Positions 10,035-17,593 of a stretch of DNA of 64,000 nucleotides are shown here, piece after piece. Source of the DNA: a virus (lineage: Duplodnaviria > Heunggongvirae > Uroviricota > Caudoviricetes > Herelleviridae); the IMG/VR virus record IMGVR_UViG_2974542590_000001, positions 91,054 through 155,053 of that record; one strand, given 5' to 3'. The first letter of the stretch is position 1. Each line of letters begins with the position of its first letter. The position numbers and the translations under genes were made by a program. The notes beneath the pieces were generated by a model. The model made no database searches. It was given only the letters and a program-made list of their open reading frames with translations, and was not told the origin of the DNA.

Positions 10035-11333
10035 TTCACTTACGTTATACCCTCGGTTTCCCGATATTTATTAGGGGACTAGACTATATCATCAACCTAA
10101 TTTTTGGTTTAGGTTGCTCTGCTTTACTTTATATTTTCTTCTAAGAATTTTTTAACATCTGATAGAGTTTTAACCGTATATGGAACTTCAATTAGATTAA
10201 AACCTTTAGCTTTAGCGTACTCTCTTTTTAACTCATCATTAATTTGCTGTAACTCAAACTTAATCTGGGCTTTTTCTTTTGACATACCTCCGAAGTTCTT
10301 ACACTTGAAGTGTTGTTCTCCTTGGTATTCGATAAGCAGTTTCTTACTCGGAACATAAAAATCATAAGATAGCTTGTTTATATTCTTTAAGTCATCAAAT
10401 GTTTTTTGCATTTCAAAAGATAGTCCGAGTTGAGTTAACACAGATTTAACAAGTTTCTCTCCGTTAGGCATGTTGCAGTACTTGCAAGAAACACCTTTGT
10501 AAATAACATCTGATAGTCGAGTATATGATATGTTACCACACATTTCATGTAGTATAGCTACCTTAGTTTGCATATTAGTGTACTCACCAATAATTTTAAA
10601 GTCAGTACCTATTGTCTCTTGCATTTTTCGTTCAGCTTCTTCTTTGGTTAACCTTAATGAATCCTTAGCGCATTTCGCACATCTAGTACCACATAGAAAG
10701 TTACCTGCTGATATTTTACATAAGGTTCCACATTTGTTGTGAATAATATCGATAGGTGTAGCTCTGTTTACATATTTACCAACTACAGTGTATTCATCGC
10801 CAACTAGTGCAAACACTTCTTTACTAAAAGTCTTTGTGTCTTTTCTAGTAGCATTGTTACCAAAACATTGGGGACAACGACTCTTAGAAAGCCTGTTGGG
10901 TGTTGTGGTGTATATGTTTCCACAAGTATTATGTCTAACCTTGATTGGGACGTTTGACTTTATATAAGGTTCTAGTGGAGTGTATTCATCCCCGTATACC
11001 TTATACAAGTCAGCTAAAAATTCTTCATTTGTTTTTCTTCTCATTCGTGATGCAACTCCTTAGTGCTTTCTATATGTAATATAGCACACATTAAGTTTTG
11101 TCAGTTGACATCATAAGAAAATATATTTTTTTATCTAGTTCTCACTAACCCCATTTGGTTAGCTACCTAGAAATTTAGTCGTTAGGCATTTATGCACTTA
11201 CAGTGCAATTTAGCACGGGATTACCTCTATCCCTTTCGGGACTTAGGTTCTCTTATCAGCTTATTGGTTATTCAGCTATGCCCGTTTAACAGAGTTTTCT
11301 TTACAAATCGCTTTATAAAGGGGCTAATCTTAA
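10035..11333 (-). mobile_element. group I intron within terL carrying a homing-endonuclease ORF; inserted in the Walker A codons
   Basis: The conserved core lies at 11150-11300 (+ strand tagtcgttaggcatttatgcacttacagtgcaatttagcacgggatt). A 3' GATGATATAGTCTAGTCC lies at ~10070-10090. The exon-1 ORF ends ...IKSRQLG just upstream. Confidence 0.55.
10124..11044 (-). CDS. intron-encoded homing endonuclease (zinc-finger + PD-(D/E)xK family)
   Basis: Repeated C-x2-C motifs, and a C-terminal ..KLSYDFYVPSKKLLIEYQGEQHF.. matching the 8434-9363 paralog. Confidence 0.6.
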   Translation of the reverse strand: MRRKTNEEFLADLYKVYGDEYTPLEPYIKSNVPIKVRHNTCGNIYTTTPNRLSKSRCPQCFGNNATRKDTKTFSKEVFALVGDEYTVVGKYVNRATPIDIIHNKCGTLCKISAGNFLCGTRCAKCAKDSLRLTKEEAERKMQETIGTDFKIIGEYTNMQTKVAILHEMCGNISYTRLSDVIYKGVSCKYCNMPNGEKLVKSVLTQLGLSFEMQKTFDDLKNINKLSYDFYVPSKKLLIEYQGEQHFKCKNFGGMSKEKAQIKFELQQINDELKREYAKAKGFNLIEVPYTVKTLSDVKKFLEENIK

Positions 11334-11600
11334 CCCAAGCTGTCTACTTTTGATTACAGCTTTAGTTCGGTGTTGGTCATTAATAATTTTTACTTGCCAA
11401 GGTCTATGCGCTTGGGCTTTTTGTTGGTCACGTCCGGAAATCATAAATGTAATCGGATGATTACGAACGGAGTGGTTTCTTAGTAAATATGTGGACGGGG
11501 TTAACATGTCTGTGATGTAGGCAAGCTGTGCAGTTGTTATTTTGTCCGTCCCATACATTTCTTTTGCCATTTTAGCAATATGTTGTGCTTTATTTGTCAT
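11313..11600 (-). CDS. terL: terminase large subunit, first exon; the trailing 7 codons are intron sequence
   Basis: The ORF translation ends ...TKAVIKSRQLG LRLAPL*. SRQLG is the start of the SRQLGKT Walker A motif known from T4 gp17. The ATG overlaps the upstream stop. Confidence 0.55.
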   Translation of the reverse strand: MTNKAQHIAKMAKEMYGTDKITTAQLAYITDMLTPSTYLLRNHSVRNHPITFMISGRDQQKAQAHRPWQVKIINDQHRTKAVIKSRQLGLRLAPL

Positions 11601-12064
11601 TAAAACGTTGCTTCGTTTTCTTTGTTCATTTGGATTTCCTTATCCAATAGCATCTTATCAATTTCTTCATCCGATAATTTAGCTAATTCCTCCAACGAAA
11701 CAACTTCCTCCTCCTCTCCGTCTATGGTAGCCTTTTCAGTGCTTACCTTGTCTGCAATAATATCTTTTTGCGTAGCACTAAGAGCAGGTAATTGACCAGT
11801 TCCCTCTTGCATTCCTGCATTGATATTATTAATTTGCATGTAGATTTGGAATAGACGGGTTAAATCCCCAACGTCATCTATATCTATTGAACCTGCCATA
11901 ACTTTAGCCATGAACTGGTTAATTAACGTGAGAGAAGCGTTATTAAATGTGTCACGTAATCGTTGTTCGGATGTACGTTCCATTTTCTTTTGTTCAGCAT
12001 TTTCTTTAATACGGTCTGCCATACTCATGTGGCTATTCCTCCCCCTTTTTACTTGTATACGCAT
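11600..12064 (-). CDS. hypothetical acidic protein immediately upstream of terL (terminase small subunit candidate by position only)
   Basis: 154-aa ORF whose stop overlaps the terL start. Confidence 0.45.
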   Translation of the reverse strand: MRIQVKRGRNSHMSMADRIKENAEQKKMERTSEQRLRDTFNNASLTLINQFMAKVMAGSIDIDDVGDLTRLFQIYMQINNINAGMQEGTGQLPALSATQKDIIADKVSTEKATIDGEEEEVVSLEELAKLSDEEIDKMLLDKEIQMNKENEATF

Positions 12065-12320
12065 AGCAAGACCGTATGTCTTCGCACATGTTCAATCGTA
12101 CTAAATCTGACATCTTACAGCTTACATGTGCTGTAGTAACTATTGCAGAACCATTAGTAAGAACAAGTCTAGACAACGGTCTTCCACATACTGCACACAT
12201 CCGTGTAGCACTTGCTATGCGTTTATCCCCTTTTCGTATATTTGTTGTCTTTTGAGCTTTGCTAAAAATATACTGCCTTTTTTGCTTTATTTCTTCTCTT
12301 GTAAGGGACATATCCTCCAC
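12033..12320 (-). CDS. small zinc-ribbon protein
   Basis: CAVCGRP...C motifs. 32-nt overlap with the downstream gene. Confidence 0.4.
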   Translation of the reverse strand: MEDMSLTREEIKQKRQYIFSKAQKTTNIRKGDKRIASATRMCAVCGRPLSRLVLTNGSAIVTTAHVSCKMSDLVRLNMCEDIRSCYAYTSKKGEE

Positions 12321-12330
12321 CCCTTATTAA

Positions 12331-12600
12331 TTATTTTTTGATTAACGCTTTTATCTCTTTTAAATCACGCAGTGCTTCATGAAGCTGTTGCTGTAGATTA
12401 TCTTTCTTTTTCCTCTGCTCATAAGAATCAAAGATAATACTAGCTATCCAAGCCCACAAAGAACCCCCTACAAGCATTGTTGCTGTAAAGTGTTGTTCTA
12501 AGCCTAGCATATCTGCAATCAGCTTACTTGCACAAATCATGATGATAACAAAGATGGTGATAAAAATTGATTTGTATAATAATTTTTTCCGTACCTTCAC
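12331..12600 (-). CDS. small membrane protein (holin-like topology)
   Basis: Two predicted TM segments plus a charged C-terminus. Confidence 0.4.
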   Translation of the reverse strand: MKVRKKLLYKSIFITIFVIIMICASKLIADMLGLEQHFTATMLVGGSLWAWIASIIFDSYEQRKKKDNLQQQLHEALRDLKEIKALIKK

Positions 12601-12717
12601 TTTTTCTCACTCTTCCGTTTATATTTTTAGCCTACATATTTAATCTAGCACACCTGATTATAAAGGCTTTGGTGTACTATATTAAAGATAGCTCTAGGAA
12701 AGAAGAGAGGCGATAGA

Positions 12718-12975
12718 ATGTACCGACTAGCATTTATTGCTATGTTATTACTACAGTTGTTCGTTTACTCAGCATCCTACTATGTCACCCGAGCTATACA
12801 GTACAAAAAACTGCAAGCAGATTTAAGTCCTTTGGCATCGTATAAGTATCTTTTGATATTATACGGACTTAGTGTTGGTAGCGTGGTTATGCTCTTCATT
12901 GGGCTGTATACTCCAATTATTTACCTTGTCGGATGTATTCTGGGCATAGGCGGTTACATGTGGTTTTCTAACTGA
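12718..12975 (+). CDS. small membrane protein
   Basis: Two hydrophobic segments. GAGAGG RBS. Confidence 0.5.
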   Translation: MYRLAFIAMLLLQLFVYSASYYVTRAIQYKKLQADLSPLASYKYLLILYGLSVGSVVMLFIGLYTPIIYLVGCILGIGGYMWFSN

Positions 12976-13014
12976 CCGGGAGATTGAGCTATACAACCGA
13001 GAGGGGGAGCACAA

Positions 13015-13362
13015 ATGAACGATTACCAAATAGGTGACCTAGTATTAAGACTGCAACGATTGGAAGACAAGCTCCAGCATGGAGAACTAACTGAGAAGGG
13101 CATTAAACAGGACAACACAGAACTGAATAATGCAGTTAGTGAATTGAAGGACATCGTTAACAGTCTTGATAAAAGGTTAGCTGTTCATGAAGAGAAATAT
13201 TCACATCTTACGTACCAGATTACAAAACTGGAAGAAACCATTGATGCTCTCGAAGGTGTAAACGACAAAGAGTTTGACCATAAAAGGGACATCGTGGAAA
13301 ACATCTTCATGATTGTTCTCGGTGCGGTTGTGACTTACGTGTTCAGCATTTTTAAACCATAG
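13015..13362 (+). CDS. coiled-coil protein with C-terminal TM anchor
   Basis: GAGGGGGAG RBS. Heptad-like repeats followed by IFMIVLGAVVTYVFSIF. Confidence 0.5.
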   Translation: MNDYQIGDLVLRLQRLEDKLQHGELTEKGIKQDNTELNNAVSELKDIVNSLDKRLAVHEEKYSHLTYQITKLEETIDALEGVNDKEFDHKRDIVENIFMIVLGAVVTYVFSIFKP

Positions 13363-13416
13363 AATATGTTATACTTATACTGTAATTATAGCATATTCTG
13401 AAAGGAGAAATTATAA

Positions 13417-13755
13417 GTGAACTATCCAACACACGAAAAGGTCGCAGAAATTACAGTAGGTACTGACAAGGTTTACCTATTTCCACGCTATATGGGCGGA
13501 ACTGTAGTTGATGCACTAACACAAGCTAATGGCTCTGTCAGAGGTAAAGAATTAACTTTCTTGCCTGTTCATACAGGTACTGATAGAACAACAGGTATTC
13601 GATATTTAAATCTACGTCAAGCTACTTTTATTGACTACAAGATGGTAGAGGTACCTACTACAATTACTGACTTGTATTTAGCTCCTAAAGATGAAACTGA
13701 GGAAGCTAAAGAAGCTAGAGAGTATACAATCAAGGAATACTTTGAAACACGGTAA
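13417..13755 (+). CDS. hypothetical protein
   Basis: AAAGGAGA RBS. 112 aa. Confidence 0.5.
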   Translation: MNYPTHEKVAEITVGTDKVYLFPRYMGGTVVDALTQANGSVRGKELTFLPVHTGTDRTTGIRYLNLRQATFIDYKMVEVPTTITDLYLAPKDETEEAKEAREYTIKEYFETR

Positions 13756-13803
13756 GAGGGCATTTTGCTCTCTTTCTTTTTATCTAAAAGTGAATTGTCA
13801 GAA

Positions 13804-13939
13804 AAATGTCCTATTTTAATTTTTTGCAAGTCTTATATATATTAATAATATATAGTCTAATATTTATATAATTTAGATATATAGATTTAATATATAGTAT
13901 TAAGTATATAAGGAGGTCAAAAATTTAAAATAGGACATT
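13804..13939. repeat. second copy of the palindromic element (AAAATGTCCTATTTTAATTTTTT ... AAAAATTTAAAATAGGACATT)
   Basis: Arms at 13804-13826 and 13919-13939. Internal TATATAAGGAGG as in the 6711-6843 copy. Confidence 0.7.
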
Positions 13940-14146
13940 AATTTGAATATTCTGATAATTTAACTATTTATAATCTTTTTTGAACTTTTTGTATTTAGTT
14001 GTTGTCAGGATGATAAAAATGTTGTATACTTTAGTTAGTGATTGACATACCTCAATTACTTCCTCTTTCTTTAAGTCTTTAACTATTGAGTAAGTTGCTG
14101 AATCAGTAGTTAAGAAAAAAGTTGTTAAGTTTGTAAAAAAGTTGCT

Positions 14147-14181
14147 AGTTCTATCAGCTTTTGTGTTATAATGTTGATAGA
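14147..14181 (+). promoter_or_regulatory. sigma-A-type promoter (TTGCTA-N17-TGTTATAAT) overlapped by a 10-bp-arm palindrome
   Basis: The promoter and palindrome read agTTCTATCAgcttttgtgttataatgtTGATAGAAct. Confidence 0.5.
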
Positions 14182-14254
14182 ACTAAAATTCACCTATGAT
14201 GAAACGGTATCATGACTGGCTGTTTTTTCTGACCTGTAATATTGTTTAACTTTT

Positions 14255-14677
14255 ATGCTAAACTCAAAACAGATTGGAAATATAACAGAAATAAAATGTA
14301 TGCTTGCCTTTTTAGAACAAGGATACAACGTTTTAACCCCCTATGGAGATTGTGAAAGATATGATTTTGTTGCTGATATAAAAGGAAATCTTGTTAGAAT
14401 TCAAGTAAAAACTTCAAAATTAGCAAGAAGAGGGAATGGTTTCAATTTCTCAATGAGAAGTAGCAATCGACAAAATGGAGCAATACTTCATCACCGATAT
14501 ACCAAAGAAGAAATTGATTTCTTCGCAACATATTATCAAGATAAATGTTATCTAGTTCCCGTTGAAGAGTGTGGAGCAGAAAAAACATTAAGACTTGACC
14601 CACCAGAAAATGGTCAACGTTATTCGATGGCTGAAGATTATGAATTGGAGGTTATGTTGAAACGATATTATGGCTGA
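14255..14677 (+). CDS. PD-(D/E)xK-family nuclease
   Basis: The motif ..CERYDFVADIKGNLVRIQVKTS.. has a D...(D/E)xK arrangement. Confidence 0.45.
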   Translation: MLNSKQIGNITEIKCMLAFLEQGYNVLTPYGDCERYDFVADIKGNLVRIQVKTSKLARRGNGFNFSMRSSNRQNGAILHHRYTKEEIDFFATYYQDKCYLVPVEECGAEKTLRLDPPENGQRYSMAEDYELEVMLKRYYG

Positions 14678-14815
14678 TGTAGAAAGCAACCAGTTCTTGT
14701 AGGTTCAAGTCCTGCTAGGTGAGTTGCTAGTCAAGATTACTTGGTTAGCAGATTCGTGTTTGTTAATAGCATGATAACCTCCCTCTTCCCCAAATTTAGG
14801 GAGGTTCCACCTTTT

Positions 14816-14887
14816 TGTTAGGTCGTCTAACAGGTAAGACACAATTCTTCGGAAATTGTGATACAGGTTCGAACCCTGTCCTGACAG
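14816..14887 (+). tRNA. tRNA-Arg (anticodon TCG)
   Basis: Hand fold: acceptor TGTTAGG/CCTGACA (one GU pair), D stem GTCT/AGAC, anticodon stem CAATT/AATTG with loop CTTCGGA, T arm ACAGG-TTCGAAC-CCTGT. Confidence 0.6.
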
Positions 14888-14901
14888 TTGTACAGTTACG
14901 G

Positions 14902-14995
14902 CTGTACAAACTATGTTTCTATGTTATAATGGTTGTAGGCTTTTAGAGACATCTCTCTTACCCCTGTTTAATTACAGGGGTTCCCTTTTTGCTTT
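14902..14995 (+). terminator. two hairpins downstream of tRNA-Arg (TTGTACAG-ttacgg-CTGTACAA, and CCCCTGT-ttaatta-ACAGGGG followed by TTCCCTTTTT)
   Basis: Read directly. The second hairpin has a U-rich tail. Confidence 0.45.
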
Positions 14996-15000
14996 TGGAA

Positions 15001-15098
15001 GGTTACTCGAATGGTTAAGAAGTGTTTAATTTGGTATCAGCCAAAGATATTGCAAACAATGACAACATCAGAGTGCAATTACAGAATATCTTCCATCA
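15001..15098 (+). ncRNA. degenerate type-II (Ser-like) tRNA-like element
   Basis: 5' GGAAGGTTACTCGAATGGTTAAGAAG is near-identical to the 5' end of the tRNA-Ser at 21089. The 3' ATCTTCCA can pair with the 5' end, but no canonical T loop is found. Confidence 0.25.
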
Positions 15099-15119
15099 AA
15101 AAAAAATAAAAAAACTTAC

Positions 15120-16230
15120 AAAAAGGTGTTTACAACTTTGTAATGTTATGCTATATTAGTATTACACCACAAGTTAGTGGTTAAAAATTGAAAACTTAAT
15201 AGATTTTGAACCTAGTGCAGAAAGTTTGAACAGCTTGCTAGGATAACGTGGCGTGAATCTGGATGTAACCGAAGGTGCGATAGTGCTTTTGGTTGCAGGT
15301 AGGTCTTATGGTAACATAGGAGTAACTATTAGTAAAAGCTAATATCAGTTAAGCGTTATGTGGAGTATACATGGATTGTAAGGTACAAGACTCTTGGGGG
15401 ATACAATAGACGTTCCTGTGGAAAAGAATCCAAGTTAGGTGGAAGTGTGAGAAGCTTGGCAGACCTTGGAAAACTCAAAAGACTCCCTTTGACGAGAACT
15501 GTAGAAATACAGGTTTAACAAGAGACCTTGGTACAAGTAGCTTAAGTCAGCGTTGGATGAAAATATTACAGAAGACATAAGGATATATGTTAATTAATAC
15601 TTTTAATAGCTGAATGTTTAGGTGAACGTTGTTAGCCACCGTGCTAGACCATACATTAAAGGCAGAGAGAAGCTATCGGGTAGCTCCCGATGGTTCAGCC
15701 TCTCTGAGTATGTGACCGAATGCAGTGAGTGTATATGAAGCAGGAAGAAAAGCCCTTAATCTATTAAGTTTTGAGTTTTTAAACATGTCACTGTGGCGGA
15801 AGTAGAAAATGCTATGGTAGTAAACCTGTTATGAGTAGTTTTTATCTATTAAGTTAACACTTTAATAGGCGTGAGTGGGGCAGTACCACTCCAGTGACTT
15901 AAAGAACCTACGGAAACAATCAATCTTATCGGATGCCGATTGGTTGGCTGAATTAAGCAGTGTGTCTGTGAATCAGTTAATAGGCATAAAATACTAGCAC
16001 AGACGTGTGCCACTCTCAGGTGTAGGTTAGGAGAGAAACATTAGCAACCGAGGGTTGGAAATGGGCGCTCAAAGTACACGAGCAAGGCGATGTCGGTAGT
16101 AATCGACGGAATCGGTGTAGGTTGCTTGATAGAGCTATAACTGCATCTCGTTTATGCGATGTGTTTTTTACAGATTAAATCATTCTAAGAGTGGTATTTT
16201 TATTTTACATAAAGGAGAGAATTTTCTCTT
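15120..16230 (+). ncRNA. ~1.1-kb ORF-free, GC-elevated, highly structured region
   Basis: No ORF of 60 aa or more on either strand, although flanking DNA is densely coding. TTTACA-N17-TATATT promoter at its 5' end. Multiple inverted repeats, e.g. CAGAGAGAAGCTATCGGGTAGCTCCCGATGG...CTCTCTG. Confidence 0.3.
15789..15907 (+). ncRNA. tRNA-like element bounded by GTCACTG...CAGTGAC (paralog of the 20515-20644 element)
   Basis: 5' GTCACTGTGGCGGAAGTAG... and 3' ...AGTGG-ggcagta-CCACT-CCAGTGAC. The same closing helix and TGGCGGAA motif occur at 20515. Confidence 0.3.
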
Positions 16231-16249
16231 TATTATTTTTATAGAAAGT

Positions 16250-16285
16250 GTTGACTTTCTGTACAACACATGATACTATAAGTTT
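16250..16285 (+). promoter_or_regulatory. phage promoter GTGTTGACTT-N17-TATACT
   Basis: gtgttgactttctgtacaacacatgatactataag. It lies upstream of the tRNA block. Confidence 0.5.
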
Positions 16286-16422
16286 ACAAGGTAAGCAGTA
16301 AGGGCTTGTAAGGTTCGAATCCTTAATTACCTATTCCACTTTTAATAGTGGCATGATTTAATTTCTATCTCTCATTATCTTACATTTTTCGGAGGGTTGC
16401 TAGTCCCTCCCCTCCGAATCTT

Positions 16423-16494
16423 GCGCTGTTGGTGTAGTGGCTATCATTTCCGGCTCCAACCCGGAAGACGGGGGTTCGAATCCTTCACGGCGTG
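16423..16494 (+). tRNA. tRNA-Trp (anticodon CCA)
   Basis: Anticodon stem TCCGG/CCGGA with loop CTCCAAC, D loop GTAGTGG, T arm GGGGG-TTCGAAT-CCTTC, and the acceptor pairs with GU pairs. Confidence 0.6.
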
Positions 16495-16636
16495 TATTTT
16501 TGGACAGCGGTGATAGTTATAGTGTATTATCCTTCACAGGAATGAATTACTGGTATGTAGCACTCTACTGGTAATTGTTGAAGAATGTGACGTGTTTACA
16601 AGATTAAAGTCATTCCGCCCCTCTCCATTGAAACAA

Positions 16637-16710
16637 GCTGATATTCCGTAATTGGTAACGGGACACACTTGTAATGTGTATACTTCTAGGTTCGAGTCCT
16701 AGTATCAGCA
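16637..16710 (+). tRNA. tRNA-Thr (anticodon TGT)
   Basis: Acceptor GCTGATA/TATCAGC is a perfect pairing. Anticodon stem ACACA/TGTGT with loop CTTGTAA. T arm CTAGG-TTCGAGT-CCTAG. Confidence 0.7.
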
Positions 16711-16812
16711 TTGTGAGCGGAAACTCACAAATTTATGTTTTGGTTGATTAATTGGTTATCTAGTTAGTTAGCGTGAACATTGCATACAGTTATCTATATA
16801 GAATTTTATCAA

Positions 16813-16884
16813 TAAGCTAGTTTTGTGTCTAGTGGTCTATGTGAGCTTCATAACCTCATGGCGGTTCGATTCCGTAAGGCTTAA
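16813..16884 (+). tRNA. tRNA with CAT anticodon (Met or Ile2); the D arm is weak
   Basis: Anticodon loop TTCATAA in a 4-bp stem. T arm GGCGG-TTCGATT-CCGTA. Acceptor TAAGCTA/AGGCTTA. An alternative perfect pairing GCTAGTT/AACTAGC suggests an extended precursor helix. Confidence 0.4.
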
Positions 16885-16902
16885 CTAGCTATTGGTAATC
16901 TT

Positions 16903-16976
16903 ATCTCCTTAGCTCAGTTGGTGGTAGCACCTGATTCTTAATCAGGGGGTCACAGGTTCGAATCCTGTAGGGGATA
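16903..16976 (+). tRNA. tRNA-Lys (anticodon CTT)
   Basis: Acceptor ATCTCCT/AGGGGAT, D loop AGCTCAGTTGGTGGTAGC, anticodon stem CCTGA/TCAGG with loop TTCTTAA, T arm ACAGG-TTCGAAT-CCTGT. Confidence 0.7.
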
Positions 16977-16978
16977 TT

Positions 16979-17052
16979 CTCGAAGAGTTGGTGTATGGCT
17001 TTGGTAACACGCCTCTTAGGAGGAGCAGGCAGTTCAAATCTGTCAGTCGAGA
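16979..17052 (+). ncRNA. tRNA-like element (T arm + acceptor) with no recognisable anticodon arm
   Basis: T arm GGCAG-TTCAAAT-CTGTC and 5/7-bp acceptor pairing CTCGAAG/AGTCGAG. The central region folds as CCTC-ttag-GAGG rather than an anticodon stem-loop. Confidence 0.3.
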
Positions 17053-17110
17053 CCCTTAGTTTTTCTATTAGTAACGGTTTTTCGAGAGGGTTATCTTGAA
17101 AAACACAACT

Positions 17111-17184
17111 GTCTCCATAGCTCAATCGGCTAGAGCACTCGACTTTTAATCGAGGGGTTCGGGGTTCAAATCCCTGTGGGGACA
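17111..17184 (+). tRNA. tRNA-Lys (anticodon TTT)
   Basis: Acceptor GTCTCCA/TGGGGAC, D stem GCTC/GAGC, anticodon stem CTCGA/TCGAG with loop CTTTTAA, T arm CGGGG-TTCAAAT-CCCTG. Confidence 0.8.
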
Positions 17185-17284
17185 TCGGTTAGTACATTAT
17201 GGTGCCACGGGTGTTTTGTAAGAGGGCACTTACAAGATAAATAAAGCAAGACAGCTTGCTTCCTGCGTAATTACTAACCTAGAA

Positions 17285-17357
17285 CGGCAGTTCGTCCAAT
17301 TGGCTAGGATGCTAGACTACGAATCTAGTGATAGAGGTTCGATTCCTCTGCTGTCGG
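17285..17357 (+). tRNA. tRNA-Arg (anticodon ACG)
   Basis: Acceptor CGGCAGT/GCTGTCG, anticodon stem CTAGA/TCTAG with loop CTACGAA, T arm AGAGG-TTCGATT-CCTCT. Confidence 0.7.
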
Positions 17358-17365
17358 TTAACATA

Positions 17366-17463
17366 CGGGAGTGGCGTGAGGCATACGCACCGTGGAAGAC
17401 ACGGGGAAGTTAATAATTCATGAATAAACCTTCCAATATCGCAGGTTCGAATCCTGCCTTCCG
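17366..17463 (+). ncRNA. 98-nt tRNA-like gene with long extra arm and 5-nt loop where the anticodon loop is expected
   Basis: Acceptor ACGGGAG/CTTCCGT, D stem GCGT/ACGC, extra arm GGAAG...CTTCC, T arm GCAGG-TTCGAAT-CCTGC. The stem CCGTG/CACGG closes the loop GAAGA. Confidence 0.3.
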
Positions 17464-17469
17464 TATAAA

Positions 17470-17500
17470 ATGCGGGTGTCAGAGGTTCAAATCCTCTCAC
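17470..17500 (+). ncRNA. isolated tRNA 3' fragment (T arm AGAGG-TTCAAAT-CCTCT + CACAGGT) with no 5' partner
   Basis: Only ~18 nt separate it from the preceding gene, and no complementary 5' acceptor strand was found. Confidence 0.3.
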
Positions 17501-17593
17501 AGGTATTTGCCTTAATTGGAAAACTATGACCTGTCGTTAGTTTACGTCTTACACTTTTGTGAAGAAACGTTTTTCGGGAGGTAGCTTTTATAT

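Noticed and set aside
14690-14760. T-arm-like GTAGG-TTCAAGT-CCTGC right after the 14255-14677 stop
   Set aside because: There is too little upstream sequence for a tRNA body. Reported only as part of the general tRNA-like debris.
16901-17185. 94-aa minus-strand ORF
   Set aside because: Lies entirely antisense to three well-folded tRNA genes, so it is an artefact of tRNA sequence.
17312-17500. 62-aa minus-strand ORF
   Set aside because: Antisense to tRNA-Arg(ACG) and the long tRNA-like gene.
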